In this document: positions 10,426-20,032 of the stretch, one piece after another
How the letters are laid out: every line of letters begins with the position of its first letter
How positions within the stretch are numbered: position 1 is the stretch's first letter
From: Candidatus Saccharimonadota bacterium
GTDB taxonomy: Bacteria; Patescibacteriota; Gracilibacteria; Absconditabacterales; Absconditicoccaceae
Direction: 5' to 3'
Assembly: GCA_030429145.1 (NCBI GenBank)
Contig: JAUIDC010000001.1
Location: 870,001-902,000, forward strand
DNA: 32,000 bases
The notes under the pieces: generated by a model
What the model was told of the DNA's origin: nothing
Database searches by the model: none
What the model saw: only the letters and a program-made list of their open reading frames with translations
Made by a program: the position numbers and the translations under genes

Positions 10426-10779
10426 ATGAAAACAATGCTACTAAAAATCCGAAGAAAATGAAAATGATCTTTTATATTGTCTATCTTCTCTCTGATCCTG
10501 GTATCTGGTATTGTTGTACTAGCAAACGGGAAAGGAGAAAACATTGACATGATGATAGCAAGGATCTCTAACAACAGGGAGATCAAGTCATCAATAATCC
10601 TATCGATCAGTGGATCTGTTGATCAAGAACTAATCAACACTATGGATATGATTGATATCCCCGACGACAAATGGGATGAACTAAGAGAGATCAACAAACT
10701 CAATAGATTGATCAGAGCAGACAAAGAGTCTCTCGTGAAAAGAGCTGATCAAATGAGCACTGTGTTGTCAAAACAATAA
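10426..10779 (+). CDS. membrane-anchored coiled-coil protein (117 aa)
   Basis: ATG 10426, two TGA, then track ORF 10477..10779. MKTMLLKIRRKGKGSFILSIFSLILVSGIVVLANG is an N-terminal TM anchor. Stop TAA 10777-10779. Confidence 0.55.
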
Positions 10780-10979
10780 CGGGACAGCAACAGCCTCGCA
10801 CTGCCCCAGATAATATCGAGGCAATACAAAAAACTACCAGCAAATCCGAAACCTCGACAGTAAAGGAAAAGCCAGTAGTAACAGAGAAAATATCCAAACC
10901 AATAGACGAAGTCAAGAAAAACACTTGAGAGTATACTGTTCTCCACAAAGGGTATAAGCCATGAAATACAGCATACATA

Positions 10980-11456
10980 ATGTCGCAATACTACTTTGAA
11001 CGTGCAGTATACCACTACGGACTTGGTATCTATGGGACTTATGGAGCACTCAATATGGTGAAAACATTCAATCAAGAAAGTCAATTCAAGCATACTGTGC
11101 AGTCGTGATGCCATCGCGGATACATTACCAAGAAAAATACAGATGGAAAATATACGAAAGAGTATAGCTCATGCGCATCAGTAGGCATAAGAGAACAGAG
11201 CTTCTGAGTGTGTCAGTTAAATATCAGATGAAACGATAGAAAATCGATACTTGTATTTGGCAAACCATACGCAGAAGTAACAGCAGAAGATATGAAAAAT
11301 AAGAACTTCGCACCAAACTTTTCAGATCCATACAAGCAAGCAGATGTCTGTATCGAAGAATGGATCTCAGCACAAAAATCATGACATATGCCCTGGGCAG
11401 CGTTCAGCAATAAAGACAAAGCACCTATTTTAGTAATACTCAACACACAAACATAA
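10980..11456 (+). CDS. SLT-type lytic transglycosylase domain protein (158 aa from first ATG; frame open from 10707)
   Basis: Frame mod 3 = 0. ...NQESQFKHTVQSG...SFGVCQLN... fits the E-S...S..G..Q SLT catalytic pattern. C-terminus PWAAFSNKDKAP. TAA 11454-11456. There is no canonical start between 10707 and 10980 although that stretch is stop-free. Confidence 0.55.
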
Positions 11457-11677
11457 TGACAGGTTTCCTCATAGCAACTATATCGCACATTCTCTTTACA
11501 ACAGAGATCTACCTACCTCCAGAGTGAACAATCGTGAAAACAAACATTGCTCATTGTAAATCATGACCAGAATACTTTGACAACTTTGATCTCAGCACGA
11601 TCGTGATATTCAAAAACGATAAATACTCAGTACGTGATGCACAAGGTAACAAATACTTTTGCCAGATGAACAGATAG
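11456..11677 (+). CDS. hypothetical protein (73 aa)
   Basis: ATG 11456 overlaps the preceding TAA by 1 nt (TAATG). Two TGA. TAG 11675-11677. Hydrophobic N-terminus MTGFLIATISHILF. Confidence 0.45.
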
Positions 11678-11703
11678 ACGTCTTTATTCATAATTGTTTT
11701 ATC

Positions 11704-12285
11704 ATGCAGGATTATAGCTTCCATATCCAGAAAGCTGGGTATGACCAGAACAAATGAAATATAATTGAAATCAAGTTATTCAATATGAAGGATGAGATCT
11801 GACCAGAATATACATTCCACATATCTGTCCGTGACTCATGACTTTTCAACGCAGAGCCAAGCCTAGACTACCGTTTTAGATGATACGTAACTGAAACAAA
11901 GAGAGACGCATCTGACATAGTTCTCAAGTTGAGAGTATCTACAGAAGCAATCATATGGGTTTTGCAAAATTATACTAGGTTCTGACCTGAGGCTGCAATC
12001 ACTCTATCAACCGCCAATAGCATGCAAAAAGATATAACAGTCAGCATAAAATCAGTTGATGCAGAAGAAAGCAATGATAAAGACGATATGGTCAAAGCTG
12101 CAATGGAAATAAAAGTACACGGGAAAGCATCTGCTACTATGTTACAGAGAAATCTTAATCGATGATTTGCTCAGGCATCTCGTATCATGGATATGATAGA
12201 AGATGCTGGATTGGTTTGACCTCTTGAGTGATCAAAGCCGAGAGAGATATTCCATGAAAAACTTGATGAGTATATCAATGGATAG
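11704..12285 (+). CDS. protein with C-terminal FtsK-gamma (KOPS-binding winged helix) domain, no motor (193 aa)
   Basis: ATG 11704 to TAG 12283-12285, 8 TGA, verified line by line. C-terminus DDMVKAAMEIKVHGKASATMLQRNLNRGFAQASRIMDMIEDAGLVGPLEGSKPREIF matches the FtsK gamma consensus (..aSiS.lQR.l.iGYnRAariid.mE..GiVgp..GsKpReVL). Confidence 0.7.
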
Positions 12286-12682
12286 CCCACTATATGTCAA
12301 GATAACATTCTCGTGTCGTTGACTGGATCATGATTTTGACAAGCGACAAAAGTGTGAAGTATGCAATGATGCACGACGACAAGACGTAGACCATGTATAC
12401 TGACGTGAGTGACCGTTGATGCACGATCCGCGCTATATGATGTTGGTATGTAGGAGGTGTCATGCAAGAAAGTGATGAGAAGCTGAAAAGCAAAGATGCA
12501 TAGAAATCATAGCTGAGAGACTCCGATGGGAGTTTACAGACGAGTTTTTATCTGTTATGTATCATGTCTATGGAAAATATACGGTTGGAACTAGTGGATT
12601 GATCATATACGAAAGTGATGCTATCTTTGAACAGACAGAAGTATCGGATATCGAGGAAATTCTATGATCATTGTATGGTTAG
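12278..12682 (+). CDS. HNH endonuclease (134 aa)
   Basis: ATG 12278 overlaps the previous stop (ATGGATAG). CRGLDHDFDKRQKCEVCNDARRQDVDHVYGREGPLMHDPRYMMLVCRRCHARKGG gives the Cys4 plus H-N-H arrangement. TAG 12680-12682. Confidence 0.75.
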
Positions 12683-12771
12683 ATATCGATCTGATAATCC
12701 AGATGATGCATTGAGTTTCCGTGAATTATGCAAAAGAGTCGAATACTTTTGAATTCCTGTACTATAGACAC

Positions 12772-13917
12772 ATGAGAGTATTATCACTATTTGACGGTTG
12801 TGCTATGGCCTATCAAGCACTCAAAGTAGCAAACATATCAGTGGATAAGTATTACGCTAGTGAGCTTGATACATTTGCCATAAAGATCGCTATGAAAAAT
12901 CATCCAGACATTATACAGCTATGAGACGTCACTCAAGTCTCTGGAGATATGATTGATTGACCGATCGACTTATTGATCTGATGATCGCCATGTCAGGATC
13001 TCTCAATAGCAAAGAAGGGGAGAAAATGACTTCATGGTGAAAGGAGTTGATTATTCTGGGAGTATATAAGGCTTCTCAAGGAGCTAAAACCTAGACGGTT
13101 CGTACTCGAAAATGTAGCTAGTATGTCGAGAGACAGCATGCTGATCATTACTCAGACCATATGATACTACCCTATTATGATCAACTCTGCACTGCTAACC
13201 GCACAACAGAGAAAAAGATACTACTGGACAAATATACCAGGCATATCAGAACCAGATGATATGGGGATACTACTCAAGGATATTATCGAGGACGGCTTCA
13301 CGGAGAGAGACAAATCACTCTCTCTGACTGCTACCTACTCGAAGTGATGAAGTATGAGAGACTATGAGAAAAAACAAAGACAACTCATATTCACGAAACC
13401 TATCAATATCTGAAATATCAATCCATCCGGTAGAGGCATCAATGGTAACGTATATAGTTTTGAGTGAAAATCTCCCGCACTCACTACAAATAAATGAGAA
13501 GGTATAAAAGTTGCAAATACTCCTATCAGAGTGGGACAACTATGAAAGTGATGACAAGGAGATCGTGTATATAGCCCAACATGAAAAAGCGTATCCCTGA
13601 GTGCAAACGGATGAGGTATGTGAGCAAAAACATGATTATATGATATGAGCATCATCCAAAAAGGCAGATGATTTAACAAGTGAGGAGAACATACAGAGAA
13701 GTCGCCTACTGTATCATGTAACTCACGACAAGAAAACAATAAGCTCAAAGTTTGAGAACACATAAGAAAGCTAACGCCTATAGAATGTGAAAGACTACAG
13801 TGACTACCCGACAATTACACTGAGTGAGTCAGCAACTCTCAAAGATACAAGATGATTGGAAACTGATTTACTGTACCAGTAATCGCACACATTTTATCAC
13901 ATATACCTGATGCATAA
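12772..13917 (+). CDS. dcm: DNA (cytosine-5)-methyltransferase (381 aa)
   Basis: MRVLSLFDGCAMAYQAL (motif I). LLIGGSPCQDLS is motif IV, with both Gly encoded by TGA at 12979-12984. Also FVLENV, QRKRYYW, TPIECERLQGLPDNYT and GNGFTVPVIAHIL. About 25 in-frame TGA. TAA 13915-13917. Alternative GTG start at 12721. Confidence 0.9.
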
Positions 13918-13919
13918 AT

Positions 13920-14486
13920 ATGAAAAAGATCATGTTTTTCGATACTGAAACTACTGGATTATCACCTCTCACGGACTCTATCATACAGTTTGGTGCAATC
14001 TATGGATCTCTGGATGAGACCACAAACGAATTCTACGAAGAAAGAATTATCAATCAGTTTATCAACACAGACGTAGAGATATGAGAGAGAGCCTTTGCGG
14101 TTCACGGCATATCAAAAGATAAGATCTCAAATTTCGGGTATATGGAAGAATATATCAAGGAGATCCTGGCATACCTCAGAAAAACGGATCTCATAGTAGG
14201 ACACAATCTCAAGTACGACCTCGGCATGCTAGAATGAGAATGTCGTAAGCTAGATATCAAGAACGCCACTGATGGACTATCAACATTTTGTACCATGGTG
14301 TGATCGACACATATATGCAAGATACCTCGTGGAGGCGGATCATATAAGAGTCCGAAACTAGTCGAGCTTCATCAATACCTCTTTGGAAATGCTTTTGATG
14401 ATGCACATGATGCATTGGCCGACATAAAAGCGACAAAGGATTGTTTCATGGAGTTGATGAAACGTGGAGAAATACCAAAGTTCTAG
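13920..14486 (+). CDS. DnaQ-like 3'-5' exonuclease (188 aa)
   Basis: Exo I FFDTETTGL, Exo II LIVGHNLKYDLGML, Exo III HDALADIKAT. ATG 13920, TAG 14484-14486. Confidence 0.85.
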
Positions 14487-14512
14487 TTTTATCCTCTATA
14501 TACCAGACAACA

Positions 14513-15127
14513 ATGACACTAACTAAGTGCGAACAATGTGGATGAAGTCTCAAAAGCCATAGCATAGATCGGAGAAATGGGGAATGATGAATACTCCATC
14601 CATTTCCCCCAATACTCAAGAATAAAATCCCTACTCCTCTACATATCACAGATATAAGCAAAAAACTGATTGAGAAAGTATGTGCGAGATACTCCGGGAG
14701 AGCGTTAGCAATAGGGGTGTTACAGTGTGATTTCGAGGAGATCCTCACGGAGTATATGACTACAGCAACTCCTCCATTTGATCGGGATCGAATTTGTAAG
14801 TGGAGAGACCAACAAGGATTGTGAATATGACCAGACTATACTGTCCAAGCAAGGAAAGCCTATGATGCACTATACTCTACAATTGAGAAACAGACACCAG
14901 GGAGAGCAACTATATCATTGCCTAAATGAACTACCAACAAACAATTACAAGAATTTATAGAGAAGATCAGGAGGATAAAAGTCCCTATCCTAAATATGCA
15001 ATCCGACGAAACTGAAAGAACAACTTGTAAACATGACTATCGAGCAAAAGAGGACAATAGCAAACACTACAAAGAATGCAGAACATGCTGAGACATAGTA
15101 GTGATACAAGTCAAGACTCCAGAATAA
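14513..15127 (+). CDS. hypothetical protein with terminal Cys pairs (204 aa)
   Basis: ATG 14513 to TAA 15125-15127, checked codon by codon, 8 TGA. N-terminal CEQCGG and C-terminal CKHD...CRTCG suggest zinc ribbons. No family recognised. Confidence 0.5.
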
Positions 15128-15159
15128 CACTGTATTTATATCATACATATTATGTGCCG

Positions 15160-15531
15160 ATGGTATTTCCCATGAAGTTTGATACTCCCGCCGATGCAGT
15201 GAAAGCTATCTATGCTATGAGACAGAGCAATCTATCTGCTCTGATGAATATAGAGATAGATTGAACACCTGATATGGTCTTATATGCAGCGCCTGAATGA
15301 TTTTTTGCTTGCAGATGAAGCATTGAAGCAAGGCACTGTAAATCTATCGCTATCACCTCTATAGACAGCGTAGATCCGAAACTCACGGAGTGAGATAGAG
15401 TCCTCGATATAGTAGACGGAGACGAATGACATATCGTCAAGATCCTCTCATCATACTGCGTAGTACGTATATGAAATACAATGGAGTGAATAGCATTTTG
15501 AAGACTTGTGAAGCTACCAGACAACGTGTAA
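15160..15531 (+). CDS. hypothetical protein (123 aa)
   Basis: Extends track ORF 15076..15264 through 8 TGA to TAA 15529-15531. Start ATG 15160 (alternatives 15172, GTG 15154). Confidence 0.45.
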
Positions 15532-15557
15532 TCATTTACTTCTTTTACTGTGTGACT

Positions 15558-15929
15558 ATGGCAGAGATAATGTTCTATAGATGAGATATCGTGTATTATT
15601 CGTGAGAAGAATACGAAGTCTACTACTTCCATCCAAGAGGTGGCGGTGGAGAATGATGAGATGTAATGAGAATATGAAAGGATGGACTCAGTCTTGGTTT
15701 CAATACCATAGAAAGAGTAAAAGAGAAGGTTAGGTTGAAAGCAAGAGGGAAGAAACGACAAAGGTATACCTGAGACTATGAGAAGCTATTCTATGATGTT
15801 AAGGATAAAAAATGAAAAGTTTTTGAACACTGCCGACCGAATGCGTGAAAGTTCTGGCACGTAAAAACATGAGATGAAGTGCTTGACGTCGTAGAATATA
15901 GAATTGGAGATCAACTACCTATAAAATAG
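15558..15929 (+). CDS. hypothetical protein (123 aa)
   Basis: ATG 15558 to TAG 15927-15929, 10 TGA. Contains a Gly run RGGGGEGG that is partly TGA-encoded. Confidence 0.45.
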
Positions 15930-15956
15930 TTTTACCCTGTATTATATGACCTTATT

Positions 15957-16220
15957 ATGATAACTCTAAAAGTAGACTGAGTAAACACTCCAGAAATGAG
16001 TGTAGATATACAAAATGAATGAGAATTAGAAAAGTTTTTACTAACGGTTGGCTACTCTATGGTAGAAATGACAAAGGCTCTATGAGAAGATGGAACAGTG
16101 GAGGAAAAGAAAGAAGTGTGTCTTCGAATGCTGGACACAATAAAGAGTGCTGTATATGCAAAGATGAGAGCGGAATGAATTATACCAAAAGATGAGGTAA
16201 GTCTATCAGAGATAATGTAA
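15957..16220 (+). CDS. hypothetical protein (87 aa)
   Basis: ATG 15957 lies 22 nt after the TAGTTTTAC junction motif. 4 TGA. TAA 16218-16220. Confidence 0.45.
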
Positions 16221-16255
16221 GATTAGCTTTACCTGTATTATATAAGATACGACCA

Positions 16256-16735
16256 ATGGCAGAGAAAAAGATATTGGACGTATGTTGTGGTGGACGCATG
16301 TTTCGATTTGACAAATCGCATCCGCTCTGTCATTTCATGGATATGAGGTCACTACCAAAATGATCAATATCATCACGTCCAGACTTCCATATCGATCCAG
16401 ATGAAATATGAGACTTTCGCGACATAAAAGCCGATGATAAATCATATAAAATAGTTGTCATGGATCCACCACATTTGCAAAAGCTATGAGACAATAGTTG
16501 GATGGCAAAAAAATACGGCAGACTACCTAAAACCTGGAAAGAAGATCTACAAAAGTGATTTACAGAATGCATGCGTGTACTTGATGACTATGGTATATTG
16601 ATATTCAAGCGAAATGAGCACGAGATCCCACTTGCCAAGTTAATGAAACTATTCCCGCAGAAACCGATGATCTGACATCGTACGGGGAAAAACAACAAGA
16701 CCATATGGCTAATATATCTAAAACCTCCTACATAG
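16256..16735 (+). CDS. small SAM-dependent DNA methyltransferase, DPPH motif (159 aa)
   Basis: KILDVCCGGRMF (SAM-binding loop) and KIVVMDPPH (amino-methyltransferase motif IV). ATG 16256 to TAG 16733-16735, 5 TGA, verified by coordinates. Confidence 0.7.
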
Positions 16736-16765
16736 TTTTTATATTCATGACTGCCATTGATACAC

Positions 16766-17119
16766 ATGAAAGCATCACAAGAAGATATCGACAAGAGCGT
16801 CGATGACAATATCAGATTTATACGGTGATTTATCGATTACCGATATAATAAACGAGTCGAAAATACTCCTCGAAAGAGCCTCCCAACTGACCCAAATATA
16901 CGGTACGAGTCAACAAAGGAAGACCTTGCTAGATACTACCAAAACTACAAAAAACTCATGGTGATAGAAAAAAACACACTATCGCTCCATGCTATACAAA
17001 CATTTATGGAGGAGGAGGTGCTCGTGAAGGGCATCTATGAAAAGTGGCTTGCAGTCAGTTTCCCACAAGACTCCGTAAAACCGCAGAAAAAAGAACAAGA
17101 ATTCATCACAGACACATAA
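16766..17119 (+). CDS. hypothetical protein (117 aa)
   Basis: ATG 16766 to TAA 17117-17119, one TGA. An earlier ATG at 16746 is in another frame and stops after 33 codons. Confidence 0.45.
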
Positions 17120-17142
17120 TCTTTTATAACTATTGAACTACT

Positions 17143-17313
17143 ATGACTAATACAGCAGAAGAACTAACAGACGAACTAATGAAGATATTCACTCAGGCTA
17201 TGGCCAAGCAGTACAAACTCAAATACATAGCATTTAATCCAGAGAATAACCCGAAGGAAAAAATCCAGAAGGTTATAGAGACAGCTCTTAACAGAGACAA
17301 TAATCATACATAG
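17143..17313 (+). CDS. hypothetical protein (56 aa)
   Basis: ATG 17143, TAG 17311-17313. Translation MTNTAEELTDELMKIFTQAMAKQYKLKYIAFNPENNPKEKIQKVIETALNRDNNHT. Confidence 0.4.
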   Translation: MTNTAEELTDELMKIFTQAMAKQYKLKYIAFNPENNPKEKIQKVIETALNRDNNHT

Positions 17314-17342
17314 ATTTTATCTTTATTATGAAACAACTCATC

Positions 17343-17630
17343 ATGAAAAAGTTGATACCAGTCGAGGATCATGTATTGATCAAACCAGTAGCAGAAGACA
17401 CAACCGCTAGCGGACTTCATACTGGAGATAACGATCCTGAAAAACCAAGCAAGGGAATAGTCATCGCGGTAGGAATAGGAAAACAACTCGAAAACTGATC
17501 AATGTCTATAATGCAGATAAAAGAATGAGACACCGTATATTTTGAACACTACGTAGCCAAGAAAGTGGATGTTGATGGAGAGAGATTTTTCCTCGCTCGT
17601 CAACATGACATAACAGCAATACTCGCATAA
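17343..17630 (+). CDS. groES: co-chaperonin GroES (95 aa)
   Basis: MKKLIPVEDHVLIKPVAEDTTASGLHTGDNDPEKPSKGIVIAVGIGKQLENGSMSIMQIKEGDTVYF... fits the GroES fold pattern. Two TGA encode Gly. An in-frame alternative ATG lies at 17328. TAA 17628-17630. Confidence 0.85.
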
Positions 17631-17661
17631 CTCTATTTTATCCTATCAACTATTACTACTC

Positions 17662-19326
17662 ATGTCAAAAGAACTACTCTACTCAGACAAAGCTCGCAAG
17701 AAGGTATTTGCTGGTATCAGCAAAGTTGCATCAGCAGTAAAAGTAACAATGTGACCAAAGTGACGCAATGTCATGATCGGTAGATCGTATGGATCACCAA
17801 AGGTAACTAACGACGGAGTATCTGTCGCGGAAGAAATAGAGCTCTCTGATATCGTAGAAAATATGTGAGCCTCTCTTGTGAAAGAAGCAGCTGCAAAAAC
17901 TAACGACGAAGCTGGAGACGGAACAACATCAACTGTTGTATTAGTCGAAGCGATCGCCAAGGAATGACTATCATATGTAACTAGAAAGAACAAGCTGTTC
18001 TCACTTCTCGGAGTAGTGCCTATGCAAGTCAATCCTTTCTCTCTTGGAAGATGATTTCAAAAAGCGTTGGTAGAAACCAACAAAATACTCAGATCTATGT
18101 CTACTAGTATCAGTCTCGACAACAAAGACGAGTTGAGACAGATCGCGACGATCTCTGCACAGGACGAAGAAGTCGGAGACATTATAGCAGAGGTCATGCA
18201 TGAAGTAGGAAAGGATGGACTCATTACTGTCGAAGAAGGAAAGACTAACGGAGTAGAAAAAGATACAGTGAAAGGGATGCAGTTCAACAATGGGTATCTT
18301 TCTCCTCAGTTCATCACTGATCTCACCAAAAACGAAGCGTCAATCACTAATCCTGACATTATCATCACAGACAAAAAAATTGCAATGTTCAAGGATATCC
18401 TTCCACTACTTGAGTTATTAGCAAGAGAGGGAAGAAAGGATCTCATAATCATTGCAGATCAATTCGATAGACAAGCGCTAGATACAATTGTGATCAACAA
18501 AACAGTCGGCAAACTCAATGTCATTGCTATCAATGCACCTGATGCAGGATCGAGAAGGGCGGAAGCACTCAAGGATATAGCAGCCGTCACTGGTGCAACA
18601 GTCATTTCATCGGAGAATGGCCTGACATTCGAGAAAGCAGATCTCAGCGTAGTCGGGAAGGCCGACAAGGTCACAAGCACCAAAGATAGAACAACAATCA
18701 TCGGCGGAAAGTGAAGTCCCGAAGCTATCGAGTCTCGCCTACAGTCGATAGAAGCTGAACTTGCAGACAATACTGGTGGACAGTTTGAGGAGTCAAAACT
18801 CAAACAAAGACGCGCTAGACTCGTCGGTGGTATATCTGTTCTCAGAGTCGGAGCTGCAACAGAGACAGAGATGAAAAACAAGAAAGATAAGATCGAAGAT
18901 GCTCTTAATGCGACTCGTGCAGCTGTCGAGGAAGGTATCGTTGCTGGTGGATGATCTGCATTCGTAAAAATATCGAAGATGCTCGAACTGTTTCAAGTAG
19001 AAGACAATGATGAGCAAATAGGTATTGATATCGTAAGAAAGGCTATACTCTACCCTGCCATGCAGATTGCAAATAACGCAGGATATGATGGAGACATGGT
19101 GATCGAGCAACTCCAACTCAGAGGACGTACAAGAGAAAATATTGGCTTTGATGCTAAGACTGGAACATTCAAGAACATGATCCGTGCTGGTATTATTGAT
19201 CCAGTGAAAGTCCTCAGAACTTCATTGGAAAATGCTGTCTCAGCAGCATCAATGCTACTGACTACCGACGCATCAATTACTGTATCGTCAGATGAAAAAG
19301 CGAACCAGCAGATGCCAGGTATGTAG
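17662..19326 (+). CDS. groEL: chaperonin GroEL (554 aa), divergent
   Basis: Track ORFs 18067..18714 and 18979..19326 are in frame with ATG 17662. 7 in-frame TGA all fall on conserved Gly: VTM-G-PK-G-RNV at 17752/17761, ENM-G-A, KE-G-L, GR-G-F, GGK-G-S and AGG-G-S at 18952. GDGTTS and [12 protein letters not shown] are present. Stop TAG 19324-19326. Confidence 0.95.
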
Positions 19327-19354
19327 TAGATTTATTTCTATTACAAAAACGCAT

Positions 19355-19609
19355 ATGATCAAAAAGAATGTCAGAGTACATATTGCCAGGAGAAGCGACG
19401 GGAAACTTACAGCAGCATATAGACTCCCTACTCCAAATAATAGTGATCACCATCCCGTAGATATAATAGAGATCCCAGAAGATCAGACTGAGGCTATAGA
19501 GCTACTGAACAACTATATCATGTCTATGCTCAAATGATTGTTCCCATCTGGGTATAGGTTCATCATACGTTACTACACGGAAATATGACGTACAGAAAAT
19601 GAAATATAA
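19355..19609 (+). CDS. hypothetical protein (84 aa)
   Basis: ATG 19355 (the part of track ORF 19292..19537 downstream of groEL), extended through 2 TGA to TAA 19607-19609. Confidence 0.4.
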
Positions 19610-19808
19610 CACTGAATAATACAGCAAAATAATAGGTGATTTTTTGAGGGAGGAATTCTATGATAGGATTTTCTCCCCATGATTTCATCTGAAACTACAA
19701 AAAAAGCGATAACTACTATATATCTTAAATACACAACTGTCAATTGTAATTACTCGATCGATTACTATACAAGACGCAAGATCTCCTTCGTGAGATCTTA
19801 AAAAAGAC

Positions 19809-19822
19809 TTTCTAGCTAGAAA
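19809..19822. promoter_or_regulatory. perfect 14-bp palindrome (operator-like)
   Basis: TTTCTAGCTAGAAA abuts TGTCAA (19823-19828), which reads as TTGACA on the minus strand. Lies in the 420-bp non-coding control region. Confidence 0.4.
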
Positions 19823-19951
19823 TGTCAATACTATATGTTGTGTAAGTAGAGTATAGCAAGAGCCAAAACACAAACAGAAAACACAAGGGATCATGATATC
19901 TTTTTGTGTTTTTTGTATCTTGAAATGTGTTGAGGCGTGTTTTACTAGCCC

Positions 19952-19980
19952 TTGAAAAAACAGAACACTTGTTCTATAAA
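19952..19980 (+). promoter_or_regulatory. sigma70-like promoter with GAAC-N4-GTTC palindrome in the spacer
   Basis: TTGAAA (19952-19957), a 17-nt spacer, then TATAAA (19975-19980). The spacer contains GAACACTTGTTC (19963-19974). Sits 53 nt upstream of ATG 20033. Confidence 0.45.
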
Positions 19981-20032
19981 AGACTCAGAGGCAGGTGAAC
20001 AAAAGTGATTTATTTGATACACAACAGTTGAT

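Noticed and set aside
19660-19728. 22-codon mini-ORF (MIGFSPHDFIGNYKKSDNYYIS) preceded by a strong GAGGGAGGA Shine-Dalgarno-like sequence.
   Set aside because: It is too short to support, and SD sequences are not used by the other genes in the window. It is kept only as a possible leader peptide.
19685-19894. Minus-strand ORF (MIPCVFCLCFGSCYTLL...) in the control region, a possible repressor.
   Set aside because: Its Cys/Phe-rich low-complexity composition comes from AC/GT-rich hairpin DNA. It has no HTH-like segment and overlaps several palindromes, so it is more likely non-coding.
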